A DNA stretch of 64,000 bases from a bacterium (GCA_003353795.1 PIVY01000002.1:12552-76551), one strand, 5' to 3'; positions 18,242 through 28,478 are shown, counted from the first letter of the stretch. The notes: generated from the letters alone by a model not told the origin. Translations and numbers: made by a program.

Positions 18242-19909
18242 ATGCGTATCGCTCTCATGTTCGCCTGTTGCTGGCTCGCCGGCGCCGCCGCGGCCCAGCA
18301 GGTCCCGCTTCCCACCGCGCCGACCTGGATGTCGGACGAGACCGAATACAATGGGACGGGCCTCGACATCGGCGACGTCGACCTCGACGGCTGGCTCGAC
18401 CTTGCCGTGAGCAACGGCAACGACATCACCCAGTCGCCCAATCTGGTCTACCTCAACGACGGCACCGGCCACCCGCTCACCACGGCCGACTGGGCCAGCA
18501 CCGACGAGCGCTACAGCGGCCACTGCCAGCTCGCCGACGTCGACCAGGACGGCTATCCCGAGCTCATGGTGGCCAACTACATCGGCACCGCCTGGGGTCC
18601 TGCCCAGGTGCAGGTCTACAAGAACAACGGCGGTGTCCTCGAGCTGTGGCCCAGCTGGGAGTCGCCCAACGACATCCACACCTTCCGGGCTTCGTTCGGC
18701 GATCCCGACGGCGACGGTGACCTGGATCTGGCCGTGGCCACCGGCGAGTCGTACAACAGCTACGACGAGCAGAACCTGATCTTCTTCAACACGGGCGGTC
18801 AACTCGAGGCCACCGCGAGCTGGCGCAGCACGATCTACGACGCCTGCTACGACACCAAGTTCGTGGATTACGACGGCGACGGCGACCAGGACGTGGCCTT
18901 CCTCGGCGGCGGCGGCCGCACCACCATCTACGAAAATGTGGGCGGCGTGATCGCCACCTCGCCGGTCTGGATGACCGCCACCAACGACGACGGCAACACC
19001 TTCGACTTCGACGACCTCGACGGCGACGGTCGCATGGACATGCTCGTGGGATTCAACTCCCAACTCGGCGGCAGCGGACGCTTTGCCGTGTTCCTCACGG
19101 GCGGTGGCGACCTGCCCACGTCGCCCACCTGGACCAGCGACTTCATCGGCTACTGCTCGGCCGTGGTCTGCGCCGACATGGACCAGCAGAACGGCCCCGA
19201 CCTGGTGACAGGCGGCTGGTGGGAGCCCATGCGCATCTACCTCAACGACGGCAGCGGCGGCTTCGCCACCACGCCGGAGTGGGAGTCCGACGCAGCCTGG
19301 GAGTCAGTGGTGGAGAATATCGCCCTGGCGGACCTGGACGAGGCCGAGACGCGCCTCGAGGTCGCCAATTTTCCGGCGGGCGCGCAGTTGCTCGAACTGC
19401 CGGATCGGCATCTGCAACGCATCGTGAGGGTGAGCACGACCAGCGGTCCGATCCCGGGCGATCGCTGGTGCTCCAGCCTGCGCGACGGCTGGGTGTCGCT
19501 GGACGCTCCCCTGACCGAAGCGGGCACCGTGGAGTACGCCGTGTCCGACGCTCTCGACCTCGCGATCAGCAACTGGGACGACGCCACCTTCGTGTTCCAC
19601 AGCTTGCTGACCACGGCGGCCGTCGACGAACAGACTCCAGGCGTGGTGCTGACCGACGTGCGGGCCTGGCCGAATCCGTTCAATCCGCGGACCACCATCG
19701 GGCTGCGGCTCACGACGGACGTGGGCACGGCCCGGTTGCGGGTGTTCGATCTGCGGGGCCGACTGGTGGAGGTCTTGCACGACGGGCCGTTGCCGGCGGG
19801 CGATCATCGCGTCGATTGGATGGCGCGGGGTGTGCCGAGTGGAGTGTATCTCTACCGGCTGGAGGCGGGCGGCGAGGTCCAGAGCGGCAAGGTCGTGCTC
19901 GCCAAGTGA
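18242..19909 (+). CDS. Secreted FG-GAP/VCBS-repeat beta-propeller protein with a T9SS-type C-terminal sorting domain
   Basis: Trimmed to ATG 18242 (MRIALMFACCWLAGAAAAQQ). It has repeated D-x-D-x-DG-x-x-D calcium-type motifs (GDVDLDGWLDLAV, ADVDQDGYPELMV, GDPDGDGDLDLAV, VDYDGDGDQDVAF, DDLDGDGRMDMLV). The C-terminus is WPNPFNPRTTI...VFDLRGRLVEVL...SGVYLYRLEAGGEVQSGKVVLAK. Confidence 0.85.
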   Translation: MRIALMFACCWLAGAAAAQQVPLPTAPTWMSDETEYNGTGLDIGDVDLDGWLDLAVSNGNDITQSPNLVYLNDGTGHPLTTADWASTDERYSGHCQLADVDQDGYPELMVANYIGTAWGPAQVQVYKNNGGVLELWPSWESPNDIHTFRASFGDPDGDGDLDLAVATGESYNSYDEQNLIFFNTGGQLEATASWRSTIYDACYDTKFVDYDGDGDQDVAFLGGGGRTTIYENVGGVIATSPVWMTATNDDGNTFDFDDLDGDGRMDMLVGFNSQLGGSGRFAVFLTGGGDLPTSPTWTSDFIGYCSAVVCADMDQQNGPDLVTGGWWEPMRIYLNDGSGGFATTPEWESDAAWESVVENIALADLDEAETRLEVANFPAGAQLLELPDRHLQRIVRVSTTSGPIPGDRWCSSLRDGWVSLDAPLTEAGTVEYAVSDALDLAISNWDDATFVFHSLLTTAAVDEQTPGVVLTDVRAWPNPFNPRTTIGLRLTTDVGTARLRVFDLRGRLVEVLHDGPLPAGDHRVDWMARGVPSGVYLYRLEAGGEVQSGKVVLAK

Positions 19910-19926
19910 CGCTGTGATCGAGCTGA

Positions 19927-19947
19927 CAGGCGCCGGGGCGGCGCCTG
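19927..19947. terminator. Small GC hairpin between convergent genes
   Basis: CAGGCGCC / GGGGC / GGCGCCTG (8-bp stem). No U-tract on either strand. Confidence 0.3.
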
Positions 19948-19971
19948 CAGCTCATCACGCGACCGGGTGGG

Positions 19972-20655
19972 CTAGAAATCTTCCCCGATGGCATTGCAGA
20001 GGAACTTGAGCATGGGCTTCATGTCCTTGTAGAGGGCGCCCAGGCGGTCGGGGGCGTCGGCGGCGAGGACGTCCTTCTGGCTCAGGGGCACCCACAATCC
20101 CCAGTCCTTCCACTTCAATTCCTCGGCGGCGGGGTGGTCCTTGGGATACCCGGCGGGGACGCGTTGCAGGCTTTCGCTAAAACGCCTCATGCCGGCCAGG
20201 GCCGGGGCGTCGTTGATCTTGCGCCACTTCGCGTGGTTGCCGGCGACGGCCTCGCGGATGAGCCGGAGTTGCTCGGTGGGCGGTCGCCAGAGGCCGGCGG
20301 CGGCGCCGCAGTTGCCGGGCTCGAGATGCAGGTAGAGACCGGGAGCGTGGGCATCCTTGCCGGCCTCGTGCCGGAACTGCAGGGCGCAGTGGGTCTTGTA
20401 CGGGCTCTTGTCCTTGCTGAAGCGGACGTCGCGATAGATGCGGAAGAGCGCGCCGCCGGTGGGGCGCGGGTCGCAGACGATGTGTGGGCTCACGGCGCGC
20501 ACCTGGGGACCGAAGTCGGCGACGAAGCGCAGGGCGGGCTGTTTGAGCGACTCCTCGTAGCGCTCCTTGTTGGCCTGGAACCAGTCGCGGTTGTTGTTGG
20601 CGGCGAGGTCCTTGAGGAAGTCGAAGAGCGCCTTGGTGAAGTAGGGCTTGGCCAT
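19972..20655 (-). CDS. DUF2461 (TIGR02453-like) family protein
   Basis: Trimmed to ATG 20655 (MAKPYFTKALFDFLKDLAANNNRDWFQANKERYE..). FRIYRDVRFSKDKSPYKTH is the family signature as I recall it. Confidence 0.8.
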   Translation of the reverse strand: MAKPYFTKALFDFLKDLAANNNRDWFQANKERYEESLKQPALRFVADFGPQVRAVSPHIVCDPRPTGGALFRIYRDVRFSKDKSPYKTHCALQFRHEAGKDAHAPGLYLHLEPGNCGAAAGLWRPPTEQLRLIREAVAGNHAKWRKINDAPALAGMRRFSESLQRVPAGYPKDHPAAEELKWKDWGLWVPLSQKDVLAADAPDRLGALYKDMKPMLKFLCNAIGEDF

Positions 20656-20687
20656 GGGCGATTCCTTTTCTCGGTCGAAGGCCCGCT

Positions 20688-21446
20688 TCAGGGCAGGGCG
20701 ATGGCTTCGAAGCTGCGGTCGGGATAGGAGACCCACAGCTGATCGTCCACCACGGAGATGCCGCTGGCCTGGACGTCCTGGATGACGATGCTGTAGGTGT
20801 TGCCGCCGCCGTCGTGGCCCAGGATCAGCGTATTCCCATTCTCGTCGAAGCCCAGCTTCCAGAGCCAACCCGGCGACCAGGCCGCGGCGATCACGCCGGG
20901 ATCGGTGGCGAACTGCGGCCAGTAGTGCTGCACGGGTTCGCTCGACTCGCCCTCGAAGCCGGGGCCGTAGTTGAGCGTGGTGTAGCTCGCCGTTCCGGGC
21001 TGCCGGTAAATCACCACGAACGAGTCCACGTCGGCGCTGTAGGCCATGCCACTGGCCCGCTGGTCACTGCCGGCGAAGGGGTCGACGCGGGTCCAGTCCA
21101 TCTCGCCCACGGCGGACACGCGGAAGAGCTGACCGTTGTCGCGGGTCTGCAGGTAGACGAAGTCGCCGTCAGTGGCTGCGGCCAGGTAGCCCACGTGGTT
21201 GATGCCCAGATCGAAGCGATCCACGGCGAACCCGTCGGTGGCGAACTTGAAGAGGTCGACCTGGCTGCCACCGTTGCCGGAGCGGTCGTCGTTGGTGGCG
21301 AAGAGGTGGCCGTCGAGGGCCACGATGTCGCCGAGCGGGTCGCCGAGGGTGTCCTTGGTGAGGTCGACCTCGGGATCCTCGTTGCAGGCGGCCAGGGCCA
21401 GCAACGAGCAGGCGAGGAGCACAAAGAGCAGGGCACGATTCGTCAT
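20688..21446 (-). CDS. Hypothetical lipoprotein, probably a beta-propeller-like fold
   Basis: ATG 21446 follows AGGAGG. The lipobox is LLALAAC. No recognised domain. Confidence 0.6.
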   Translation of the reverse strand: MTNRALLFVLLACSLLALAACNEDPEVDLTKDTLGDPLGDIVALDGHLFATNDDRSGNGGSQVDLFKFATDGFAVDRFDLGINHVGYLAAATDGDFVYLQTRDNGQLFRVSAVGEMDWTRVDPFAGSDQRASGMAYSADVDSFVVIYRQPGTASYTTLNYGPGFEGESSEPVQHYWPQFATDPGVIAAAWSPGWLWKLGFDENGNTLILGHDGGGNTYSIVIQDVQASGISVVDDQLWVSYPDRSFEAIALP

Positions 21447-21589
21447 GTCGGACCTCCTGGTCGGTATCATTGAACGGCGAATCATCGGGTCCGTCAACCG
21501 GGCCCATCCCGCAGAGTTCCGTTTCGGCGGGAACTTCCGCGCCTTCCGCGCTATTATCCCTGGCGACCCCTGCCCGAAAGGACCCGATC

Positions 21590-22408
21590 ATGCGCCGCCT
21601 TCTCGCCCTCACGGCCGCTTTGCTCGCGGCCGGCCTCGTCATTGCACAGGACGAAACCGACCTGCCGGAAACACCGCCCGACGAGACCACCCCCATCACC
21701 AAGCTCGTCCTCGTGCCTGCCGGCGAGTTTACCATGGGCTGGCCCGGCAGCGACGAGATGCCCGCACATCGGGTCCGCGTGGATGCCTTCATGCTCGACG
21801 AGCACGAGGTCACCAACGAGCAGTACAAGGCCTACTGCGACGCCACCGGCGCCAAGCTGCCCGTCTACTGGGGCATGGAGGAGTTCCGCAGCGGCGACGA
21901 ATGGCTCGACCATCCTGTGGTGGGCGTGAGCCACGGCGCGGCGCGCAAGTACGCCCGCTGGGTGGGCAAGCGGCTGCCCAGCGAGGCGGAGTGGGAGTAC
22001 GCCGCCCGCGCGGGGACCAAGCTCAAGTACGCCGTCACCGACACCATCAATCCCGACCTCGCCAACTACAAGTCGAGCAAGCGCGGCGGCCCCGTGGCGG
22101 TGAAGAGCTACCCGGGCAACCCCTTCGGCCTCTACGACCTGATCGGCAACGTGCGCGAGTGGTCGGCCGACTTCTACGGCATCGTGCTGCCCGAGGGCGC
22201 GCTGATTCCCGACGAGGGCGAGGGCCCGCTGGACGGGGTCGTGCCGATGGAGAACCCGGTGAACATCGAGCGCAACAAGCTGGGCATCGTTCGGGGCGGC
22301 GGCTGGTACTCCGGCGGCGGCTGCAACTCGGCGTACGTGCGCAACGGGTATCCGCGGGGGTGGGGCGACTTCGCGGTGGGATTCCGCTGCGCGCGGAGCG
22401 TGGACTAG
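21590..22408 (+). CDS. Secreted formylglycine-generating-enzyme (SUMF1/FGE-sulfatase) family protein
   Basis: Trimmed to ATG 21590 (MRRLLALTAALLAAGLVIA). Family stretches are HRVRVDAFMLDEHEVTNEQY, RLPSEAEWEYAARAG, GNVREW and RGGGW...FRCAR. Confidence 0.85.
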   Translation: MRRLLALTAALLAAGLVIAQDETDLPETPPDETTPITKLVLVPAGEFTMGWPGSDEMPAHRVRVDAFMLDEHEVTNEQYKAYCDATGAKLPVYWGMEEFRSGDEWLDHPVVGVSHGAARKYARWVGKRLPSEAEWEYAARAGTKLKYAVTDTINPDLANYKSSKRGGPVAVKSYPGNPFGLYDLIGNVREWSADFYGIVLPEGALIPDEGEGPLDGVVPMENPVNIERNKLGIVRGGGWYSGGGCNSAYVRNGYPRGWGDFAVGFRCARSVD

Positions 22409-22421
22409 CTCGACTAGTCTC

Positions 22422-24290
22422 TCAGCGCGCCAGCAACAGTTTGCCCACAGCTGTCTCGTGGGGCGTGGTGATCCGACAGAAGTACACGCCCGACGCCACG
22501 GCGGAACCCCGCTGGTCAGTGCCGTCCCAGCGCCAGCTGCATCGGCCGGCCGCAATCGGGCCTCGAACCAGTTCACGCACCAGCATGCCTCGGGCGTCAT
22601 GGATTCGTACCTGCACCGTCGCGGCGCGGTAAAGGTCGTATTCGATGACGGTGCTGGGATTGAAGGGATTCGGGTGGACTCTCACGCCAGGCGCCACCAG
22701 CGGTGTCGAACCAACCGCCGTGGCGTATCCCTCATTGACCAGAGAAGTATTCGCGATGCCACGAACTTCAATGTTCACGCTGCCGATCTCCATGGGCGCG
22801 GCGAAGTCCAGGTAGAACAGGGTGCCGGGCTGATCGACCACTGCGTCCTCGCCGATGAGGGCGTAGGTGACGTCGAATGGGAACACGTCATCCAGGCCGT
22901 GGAAACCGACGCCGGCCAGTTGCTGGGCCAGAGGACCTTCGCGGCAATCCACGTCGCCCAGCGGTACGGGTCCCGTGAGGTGAAGGCCGATGAATCCCGG
23001 ACCCGGATCGATGACCTCGCAGAGCACCTCTGTGTCGCTGAACTGGGTGAGACGGACATCGGCGACCAGCGGACCGTCTATCGCCGGCCGCGGTTCGTAG
23101 GCGTAGATAGCGCCGAATCCGGTCGTGGCCAGCATCAGATCCTCGAAGTCGATGCGCCCGTCGGGAATCGGGAAGCCGTCGACGTAGCCGGAGCTGTTCG
23201 GGGCAATGTCGGCGATGGGCTCGAAGAGCGGGTCTCCGTCGCCGGTCGCGAACAGGTTGACGAAACGGCCGAGGTCGAACCAGTCCACGGCGCCGTCCTC
23301 GGCCGCGACGTCTCCGATGAGGTAATTGGTTCCGGCGTTCTCCGCGATCATCGCCGACGTGTACTGCTCGCCTGCCAGTTCGGTGAACAGCACGTAATGG
23401 TACCGACCACGCGTGACCAGGACGTCCTCGTAGTAGACGACGTGCGCCGGCACGGTATTGACCAGTTCCCACAGCGGCGAATCTACGGCGTCCTGGCGCG
23501 AGCTCGGATTGACGGGAACGACGGCATCGGGATGGCGCTCGTAGAGAGGGTACGCCGACGCGCCGTCCGGTGTGGCCACGACGGCGCGGTAGATCTCCGT
23601 GGCCACGATCTCGACCCCGACGGGATTGACCCAGTCGAGCACGATCCGACCGTGACGGGGAGAGACGGCGAGCCGGGGAATGGACGTGTCGGTCACCGCG
23701 ACGAAGTCGTAGGCGACGGATGCCTCAGCCGCCGAGCCGCCCACGAAGCAGGCCATGGCCAGACCGCCGGTCGTGTACGGCGGAGCCCAGGAATCGAACG
23801 TGAGGGCAAGCTCGCCGTCAATGGCCGCGGTGAACGATTGGCCTTGCGCTTGGACCTCGATGTCGAACCATTGCAGGTTGAACGCCGGTGGCACGTCCGC
23901 GTTGGCAAGCAGAGTCGAGTTACCGCCGGCGACCCAGTAGAGCCTGATGTCGTCGAAGGGCGTCGTGCGATAATTGAGGTGGTAGTGGTCGCCCGTCTCC
24001 TGCATCAGGAAATTCATGATATGGTTGGCGCCGACGTCAGACCGCATGCGATAGGAGACGACGAAATCTACGTCGAGGACGTCGAGATCGGTGATCGCCT
24101 GTGACAGGGTTCCGGAGCCTTGAATCGAGCAACGCGCGGCTCCGGCGCTGACCGACCAGCCGGTGTCGCGATAGAAGAACGGACCGAAAGTGCCGTCCTC
24201 GAAATCGACCATGCCGATCCAGCCTGCCGTCGATGGTCCCGCGGCCGCAAAGAGGCTCACCACGAAAAGGGCACCAATAGACATACGCAT
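22422..24290 (-). CDS. Secreted protein with an N-terminal LamG/ConA-like jelly-roll and a T9SS-type C-terminal sorting domain
   Basis: ATG 24290 follows GGGAGGAGG. The signal peptide is MRMSIGALFVVSLFAAAGPSTA. The C-terminus is HPNPFNPSTVIEY...IHDARGMLVREL...SGVYFCRITTPHETAVGKLLLAR. Confidence 0.75.
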   Translation of the reverse strand: MRMSIGALFVVSLFAAAGPSTAGWIGMVDFEDGTFGPFFYRDTGWSVSAGAARCSIQGSGTLSQAITDLDVLDVDFVVSYRMRSDVGANHIMNFLMQETGDHYHLNYRTTPFDDIRLYWVAGGNSTLLANADVPPAFNLQWFDIEVQAQGQSFTAAIDGELALTFDSWAPPYTTGGLAMACFVGGSAAEASVAYDFVAVTDTSIPRLAVSPRHGRIVLDWVNPVGVEIVATEIYRAVVATPDGASAYPLYERHPDAVVPVNPSSRQDAVDSPLWELVNTVPAHVVYYEDVLVTRGRYHYVLFTELAGEQYTSAMIAENAGTNYLIGDVAAEDGAVDWFDLGRFVNLFATGDGDPLFEPIADIAPNSSGYVDGFPIPDGRIDFEDLMLATTGFGAIYAYEPRPAIDGPLVADVRLTQFSDTEVLCEVIDPGPGFIGLHLTGPVPLGDVDCREGPLAQQLAGVGFHGLDDVFPFDVTYALIGEDAVVDQPGTLFYLDFAAPMEIGSVNIEVRGIANTSLVNEGYATAVGSTPLVAPGVRVHPNPFNPSTVIEYDLYRAATVQVRIHDARGMLVRELVRGPIAAGRCSWRWDGTDQRGSAVASGVYFCRITTPHETAVGKLLLAR

Positions 24291-24488
24291 GACGGACCTC
24301 CTCCCAGAGACATTCGGGCAATGAACACAGCATATCATGATTGGCGGCCCGCTTCAACGGTGTCCGTTGGTGGCTCACTTTCGATTCATGGGCGCGCGTG
24401 TTATCTTCCTGCGGCCCGTAGGGCGATTCTGTGGGCCCGAACTCGAACCCAAACTCGTTCGACCAGAACGAAAAAGGACCAATGACCC

Positions 24489-25970
24489 ATGGCCGACATC
24501 ACCAAGCGCTCCGAGGACTACAGCCGCTGGTACCAGGACGTCATCCGCGAGGCCGAACTGGCCGACAACTCGCCGGTACGCGGCTGCATGGTCATCCGCC
24601 CCAACGGCTACGCCATCTGGGAGAACATCCAGGCCACCCTGGACAAGCGCTTCAAGGAGCTCGGCCACGTCAACGCCTACTTCCCGCTCCTGATCCCCAA
24701 GAGCTTCCTGGCCAAGGAAGCCGAGCACGTGGATGGGTTCGCCAAGGAGTGCGCCATCGTCACGCACCACCGGCTCAAGCAGGTCACGCGCGACGGCAAG
24801 GTCGACCTCATCCCCGATCCCGATTCGAAGCTGGAGGAGGAGTACATCATCCGCCCCACCAGCGAGACGGTGATCTGGGACATGTACCGCAAGTGGATCC
24901 AGAGCTACCGCGACCTGCCCATCCTGATCAACCAGTGGGCCAACGTCATGCGCTGGGAAATGCGTACGCGCATGTTCCTGCGCACCACCGAGTTCCTCTG
25001 GCAGGAGGGCCACACCGCCCACGCCACCGAGAAGGAAGGTCGCGACGAGACCCTGCAGATGCTCGAGACTTATCGCTGGTTCGCGGAGGACATCCTGGCC
25101 ATGCCCGTGATCACCGGCACCAAGACCGCCAACGAGCGGTTCGCCGGGGCGGTGGAGACGTTCTCCATCGAGGCCATGATGCAGGACAACAAGGCGCTGC
25201 AGGCGGCCACCAGTCACGACCTCGGTCAGAATTTCGCCAAGGCCTTCGACGTGAAGTACCAGCCCGCCGAGGGCAAGGTCGACTACGTGTGGGCCACGAG
25301 CTGGGGCATGTCCACGCGTATCGTGGGCTCCTTGATCATGGTCCACAGCGACGACGACGGCCTCGTGCTGCCCCCGAAGATCGCCGGCACCAAGGCCGTG
25401 ATCGTGCCCATCTGGAAGAGCGACGAGGAGAAGGCCGCGGTGTGCGAGGCGGCGCAGAAGCTGGCGGCCGAACTGCGCCCCGTGATCGGCCCTGTGCACA
25501 TCGACGACCGCGACAACCTGCGCCCCGGCTGGAAATACAGTGAGTGGGAGCGCAAGGGCGTGCCGCTGCGCCTGGAGCTGGGTCCTCGCGACCTGGCCGG
25601 CGAGTCGGTCATGCTCAAGGCGCGGCACGACCGGGCCAAGAACATCGTGCCCTTCGCCGATGTCGTTGCGGGCGTGCAGGCCGAACTGGACCGCATCCAG
25701 CAGGACCTCTACGACCGCGCCAAGCAGCGCATGGTCGAGAACACGCACGTGATCGACAGCTGGGACCAGTTCACCGACCTGTTCGAGAACAAGGACGGCG
25801 GCTTCGCCATGGCTCACTGGTGCGGCGACGGCACTTGCGAACAGACCGTGCAGGACAAGACCAAGGCCACCATTCGCAACATCCCCTTCGAGCGGGACGA
25901 GACCAAGGGCGAGTGCGTGCACTGCGGCAACGAGTCCATCGGGCGGGTGGTGTTCGCGCAGGGGTACTAG
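24489..25970 (+). CDS. proS: Proline--tRNA ligase (archaeal/eukaryote-like short form)
   Basis: MADITKRSEDYSRWYQDVIREAELADNSPVRGCMVIRPNGYAIWE.. The class II motifs are present (FRPTSETV-like IIRPTSETVIW; RTTEFLWQEGHTAH). The C-terminal zinc-type CGDGTCE...CVHCG is also there. Confidence 0.95.
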   Translation: MADITKRSEDYSRWYQDVIREAELADNSPVRGCMVIRPNGYAIWENIQATLDKRFKELGHVNAYFPLLIPKSFLAKEAEHVDGFAKECAIVTHHRLKQVTRDGKVDLIPDPDSKLEEEYIIRPTSETVIWDMYRKWIQSYRDLPILINQWANVMRWEMRTRMFLRTTEFLWQEGHTAHATEKEGRDETLQMLETYRWFAEDILAMPVITGTKTANERFAGAVETFSIEAMMQDNKALQAATSHDLGQNFAKAFDVKYQPAEGKVDYVWATSWGMSTRIVGSLIMVHSDDDGLVLPPKIAGTKAVIVPIWKSDEEKAAVCEAAQKLAAELRPVIGPVHIDDRDNLRPGWKYSEWERKGVPLRLELGPRDLAGESVMLKARHDRAKNIVPFADVVAGVQAELDRIQQDLYDRAKQRMVENTHVIDSWDQFTDLFENKDGGFAMAHWCGDGTCEQTVQDKTKATIRNIPFERDETKGECVHCGNESIGRVVFAQGY

Positions 25971-25994
25971 GCGCGCTGATCGACGAATGAATCA

Positions 25995-26030
25995 GGGCCC
26001 CGGCCATCGCGGCTGGGGCCCTTCGTTCTT
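25995..26030 (+). terminator. Intrinsic terminator after proS
   Basis: GGGCCCCGGCC (25995-26005), loop ATCGC, GGCTGGGGCCC (26011-26021), then TTCGTTCTT. Confidence 0.7.
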
Positions 26031-26042
26031 GTCGGTGCGGTG

Positions 26043-27302
26043 TCAGGCCAGCGTTTCCCGCCCGACCGGCAACGTCATGCACCGGCACCCGCCCCCGCCG
26101 CGCGCCAGCTCCGACCCGTCGATGGTGATCACGCAACGCTCGTGCGCCTCGATGTCGGCCTTGCCGGCGATCACGTCGGGCGCTGCGAGGACGGTGAAGC
26201 CCCGGCGGTCGAGCTCCTCGATGGTGTGCACGTTGCGCGCGTAGCCGATGACCTTGCCGGGAGCCAGGGCGAAGAAGTTGGTGCCCGAGTGCCACTGCTC
26301 GCGCTCCATGAGCCAGCGGTCGTCGCCACCGCCGCAGGGAATCGCCTCGAGGTCGAAGTCCAGGTCGCGCAGGCCGTCCATGAGGCAGTCGATCTCGCGG
26401 ATGCGCTTGACCTCGCCGCCTTCCACGTGGATGTGCACGGTGGGGAAATGGTTGTGCTCGGTCACCAGCGGCGCGTAGACCACGCAGGCGTTGCGGTCGA
26501 CGAAGGTGAAGACCATGTCGAGGTGGATGAACGACTCCGGTTTCTCGGGCATGACCTGCACCAGGAGGTGCCGCGCCACACCGTGGGCCTTGAGCCGCTC
26601 GATGAGGAAATCGACGCCCTCGGTGGACGTGCGCTGGCCCACGCCGACCATGAGCACGTCCTCGCGGGCCACCAGCACGTCGCCGCCCTCGATGGTCACG
26701 CCGGGCCCGGGGGCGCCCAGGCGCACGGGGTTGACGGTCTCGGTCTCGAAGCCCGGATGGTGATCGAAGATGGCCTCCATGATGAGCGCCTCGCGCTCGC
26801 GGACGGCGCTGGCCATGCGGCCTACCAGGATGCGATTGCCCACCGCGGCGGCGGCGTCGCGCATGAAGAAGAAGTTGTGCAAGGGCGGCAGGGAGAAGCG
26901 GTCCTCGCTGAGGAAGCGCGTGAGATTGTCGCGTACGATGGGCACGCCTTCGATGAGGGCGCGGGTCAGGTCGACCGGCTCGAGTTCGCGCAGGGCGTCA
27001 CGGATCAGGCCGGCCTTTTCCTGGACGCAGATCCGGCTCACGACCGACTCGCGGACCCGGTCGTTGGCCAGGATGTCGGTGAGCAGGTCGCGCACCTGGA
27101 ACGTCGTGGTCCAGCGCTCGAGCACGCCATGGAGCTGGTCGTACTGGGTCTCGGCCACATCCAGATTGAGGATGTCGCTGTAGAGGGCGCGTTCGGCCGT
27201 GGCCGGGGTCATGGCGGCCACTTCGGGGCCGGGGCGGTGCAGGATCACGCCGGTGAGGCGTCCTACCTCGCTCTGGACGTCGACGGTGAACTTCTGGGTC
27301 AT
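26043..27302 (-). CDS. Arginine deiminase family (guanidino-group modifying enzyme)
   Basis: Trimmed to ATG 27302 (MTQKFTVDVQSEVGRLTGVILHRPG..). FFMRD is present, and the C-terminal catalytic-Cys context GGGGCRCMTLPV. No arcB/arcC neighbours. Confidence 0.8.
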   Translation of the reverse strand: MTQKFTVDVQSEVGRLTGVILHRPGPEVAAMTPATAERALYSDILNLDVAETQYDQLHGVLERWTTTFQVRDLLTDILANDRVRESVVSRICVQEKAGLIRDALRELEPVDLTRALIEGVPIVRDNLTRFLSEDRFSLPPLHNFFFMRDAAAAVGNRILVGRMASAVREREALIMEAIFDHHPGFETETVNPVRLGAPGPGVTIEGGDVLVAREDVLMVGVGQRTSTEGVDFLIERLKAHGVARHLLVQVMPEKPESFIHLDMVFTFVDRNACVVYAPLVTEHNHFPTVHIHVEGGEVKRIREIDCLMDGLRDLDFDLEAIPCGGGDDRWLMEREQWHSGTNFFALAPGKVIGYARNVHTIEELDRRGFTVLAAPDVIAGKADIEAHERCVITIDGSELARGGGGCRCMTLPVGRETLA

Positions 27303-27580
27303 GGTCGGCTCGATCTCCGTTGAAGGTGTCGAATGATGCCCCGGGCGCCGGCGCCGATCCTGACGAACACGCCCTGGCAGGGAATCGCGCGCCACGCTAC
27401 CACAAGACTGCCGTTCTCGGCGAGTATCGTCGGCGCCGACGGCTGCGGCCGTACTTCCAAGATAAAGCTTGCGTACCGGTATTCGAGGAGATAATCGTGC
27501 GGACAAATAGATGGTGGTCGGTCCGTTCGGACCACGATCGGCCGCGCTTCCGGAACGGGCCACGACGAAAGGATCATAGC

Positions 27581-28426
27581 GTGCGTATCAAGCACCTCGC
27601 CCGCCTAGTCGCTCTCTGTTTCTGTTTCCCCCTTCTGGCGTCAGTCGCAACGGGCCAATCGGTCACCGCTTCCGATTTCCGCAGCGCCGGTCGCTTCCTC
27701 GAGTTCAGCTACGGCACGGCTACGCCGAAGTTCAAGGGCATGGATGGTTCGTTCGCCAGCCTGGGTATCCTGGAATTCAAATCGGGCTACAGTCTCCGCG
27801 ACAGCGTCACCGCGAACGTGATCGGCATGGACGACTTCTATTCCTTCGGCAGCTACATGGACGAAGACCTCCGGGCCTTCGGTACGACCGGGGCCGACGA
27901 GGACGTGGCTCGGCTCGGTCGGTTCGGAATCGGCAACCGGATGGGCTACGGCTACGACTGGCAAGGCACCGCTCTCGAGCTGTACAACCAGAACTCCATC
28001 AACTGGACCACCCTGCACGCGGACCACTATCCGGACGCCTCGGACGACGCCCAGGCCATCTTCGACCGCTACGGTACCCAGCTCCGGTTCGGACAGCTCA
28101 TGGAAGCCGGCGCGAAGTTCCACGTGTCGCAGACTGTCGCATTCACCGGTGGTATGGAGGGTGCGGTGATCTTCCCGCGGTACGTGTTCTGGCCCTGGCT
28201 GGGAAGCGTGGCGATCTACTCGATCGCCGAAGGTGCTGTCGAGCTGATCGCCGATCAGATCATGGAGTCCAACCCGACCATTGGTCCCGTCGCCTACTTC
28301 TTGCTCAAGAACGGACTGTCGCTCGCCTACTACTCGCTCCTGCGCGGCGACATGGCCTGGCCCTTCAACTACGAGCAGCCGCTCACCGTGGAGTCATTCA
28401 AGCTGGGGTTGAACCTCACGTTCTAG
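27581..28426 (+). CDS. Hypothetical outer-membrane protein
   Basis: GTG 27581 follows AAAGGA. The signal peptide is ..ALCFCFPLLASVATG. The C-terminus FKLGLNLTF has the terminal-Phe OMP signature. Confidence 0.5.
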   Translation: MRIKHLARLVALCFCFPLLASVATGQSVTASDFRSAGRFLEFSYGTATPKFKGMDGSFASLGILEFKSGYSLRDSVTANVIGMDDFYSFGSYMDEDLRAFGTTGADEDVARLGRFGIGNRMGYGYDWQGTALELYNQNSINWTTLHADHYPDASDDAQAIFDRYGTQLRFGQLMEAGAKFHVSQTVAFTGGMEGAVIFPRYVFWPWLGSVAIYSIAEGAVELIADQIMESNPTIGPVAYFLLKNGLSLAYYSLLRGDMAWPFNYEQPLTVESFKLGLNLTF

Positions 28427-28446
28427 CGGGATCGTCGACGATCGTT

Positions 28447-28471
28447 CGGGCCCGGCGCCATGCCGGGCCCG
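28447..28471. terminator. Perfect 10-bp GC hairpin between convergent genes
   Basis: CGGGCCCGGC / GCCAT / GCCGGGCCCG. No clear U-tract. Confidence 0.4.
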
Positions 28472-28478
28472 AGCAGAG

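Noticed and set aside
26043-27302. Arginine deiminase gene as part of an ADI energy pathway
   Set aside because: No ornithine carbamoyltransferase, carbamate kinase or arcD antiporter is adjacent, so the pathway context cannot be claimed from this window. It is kept only as a family-level call.
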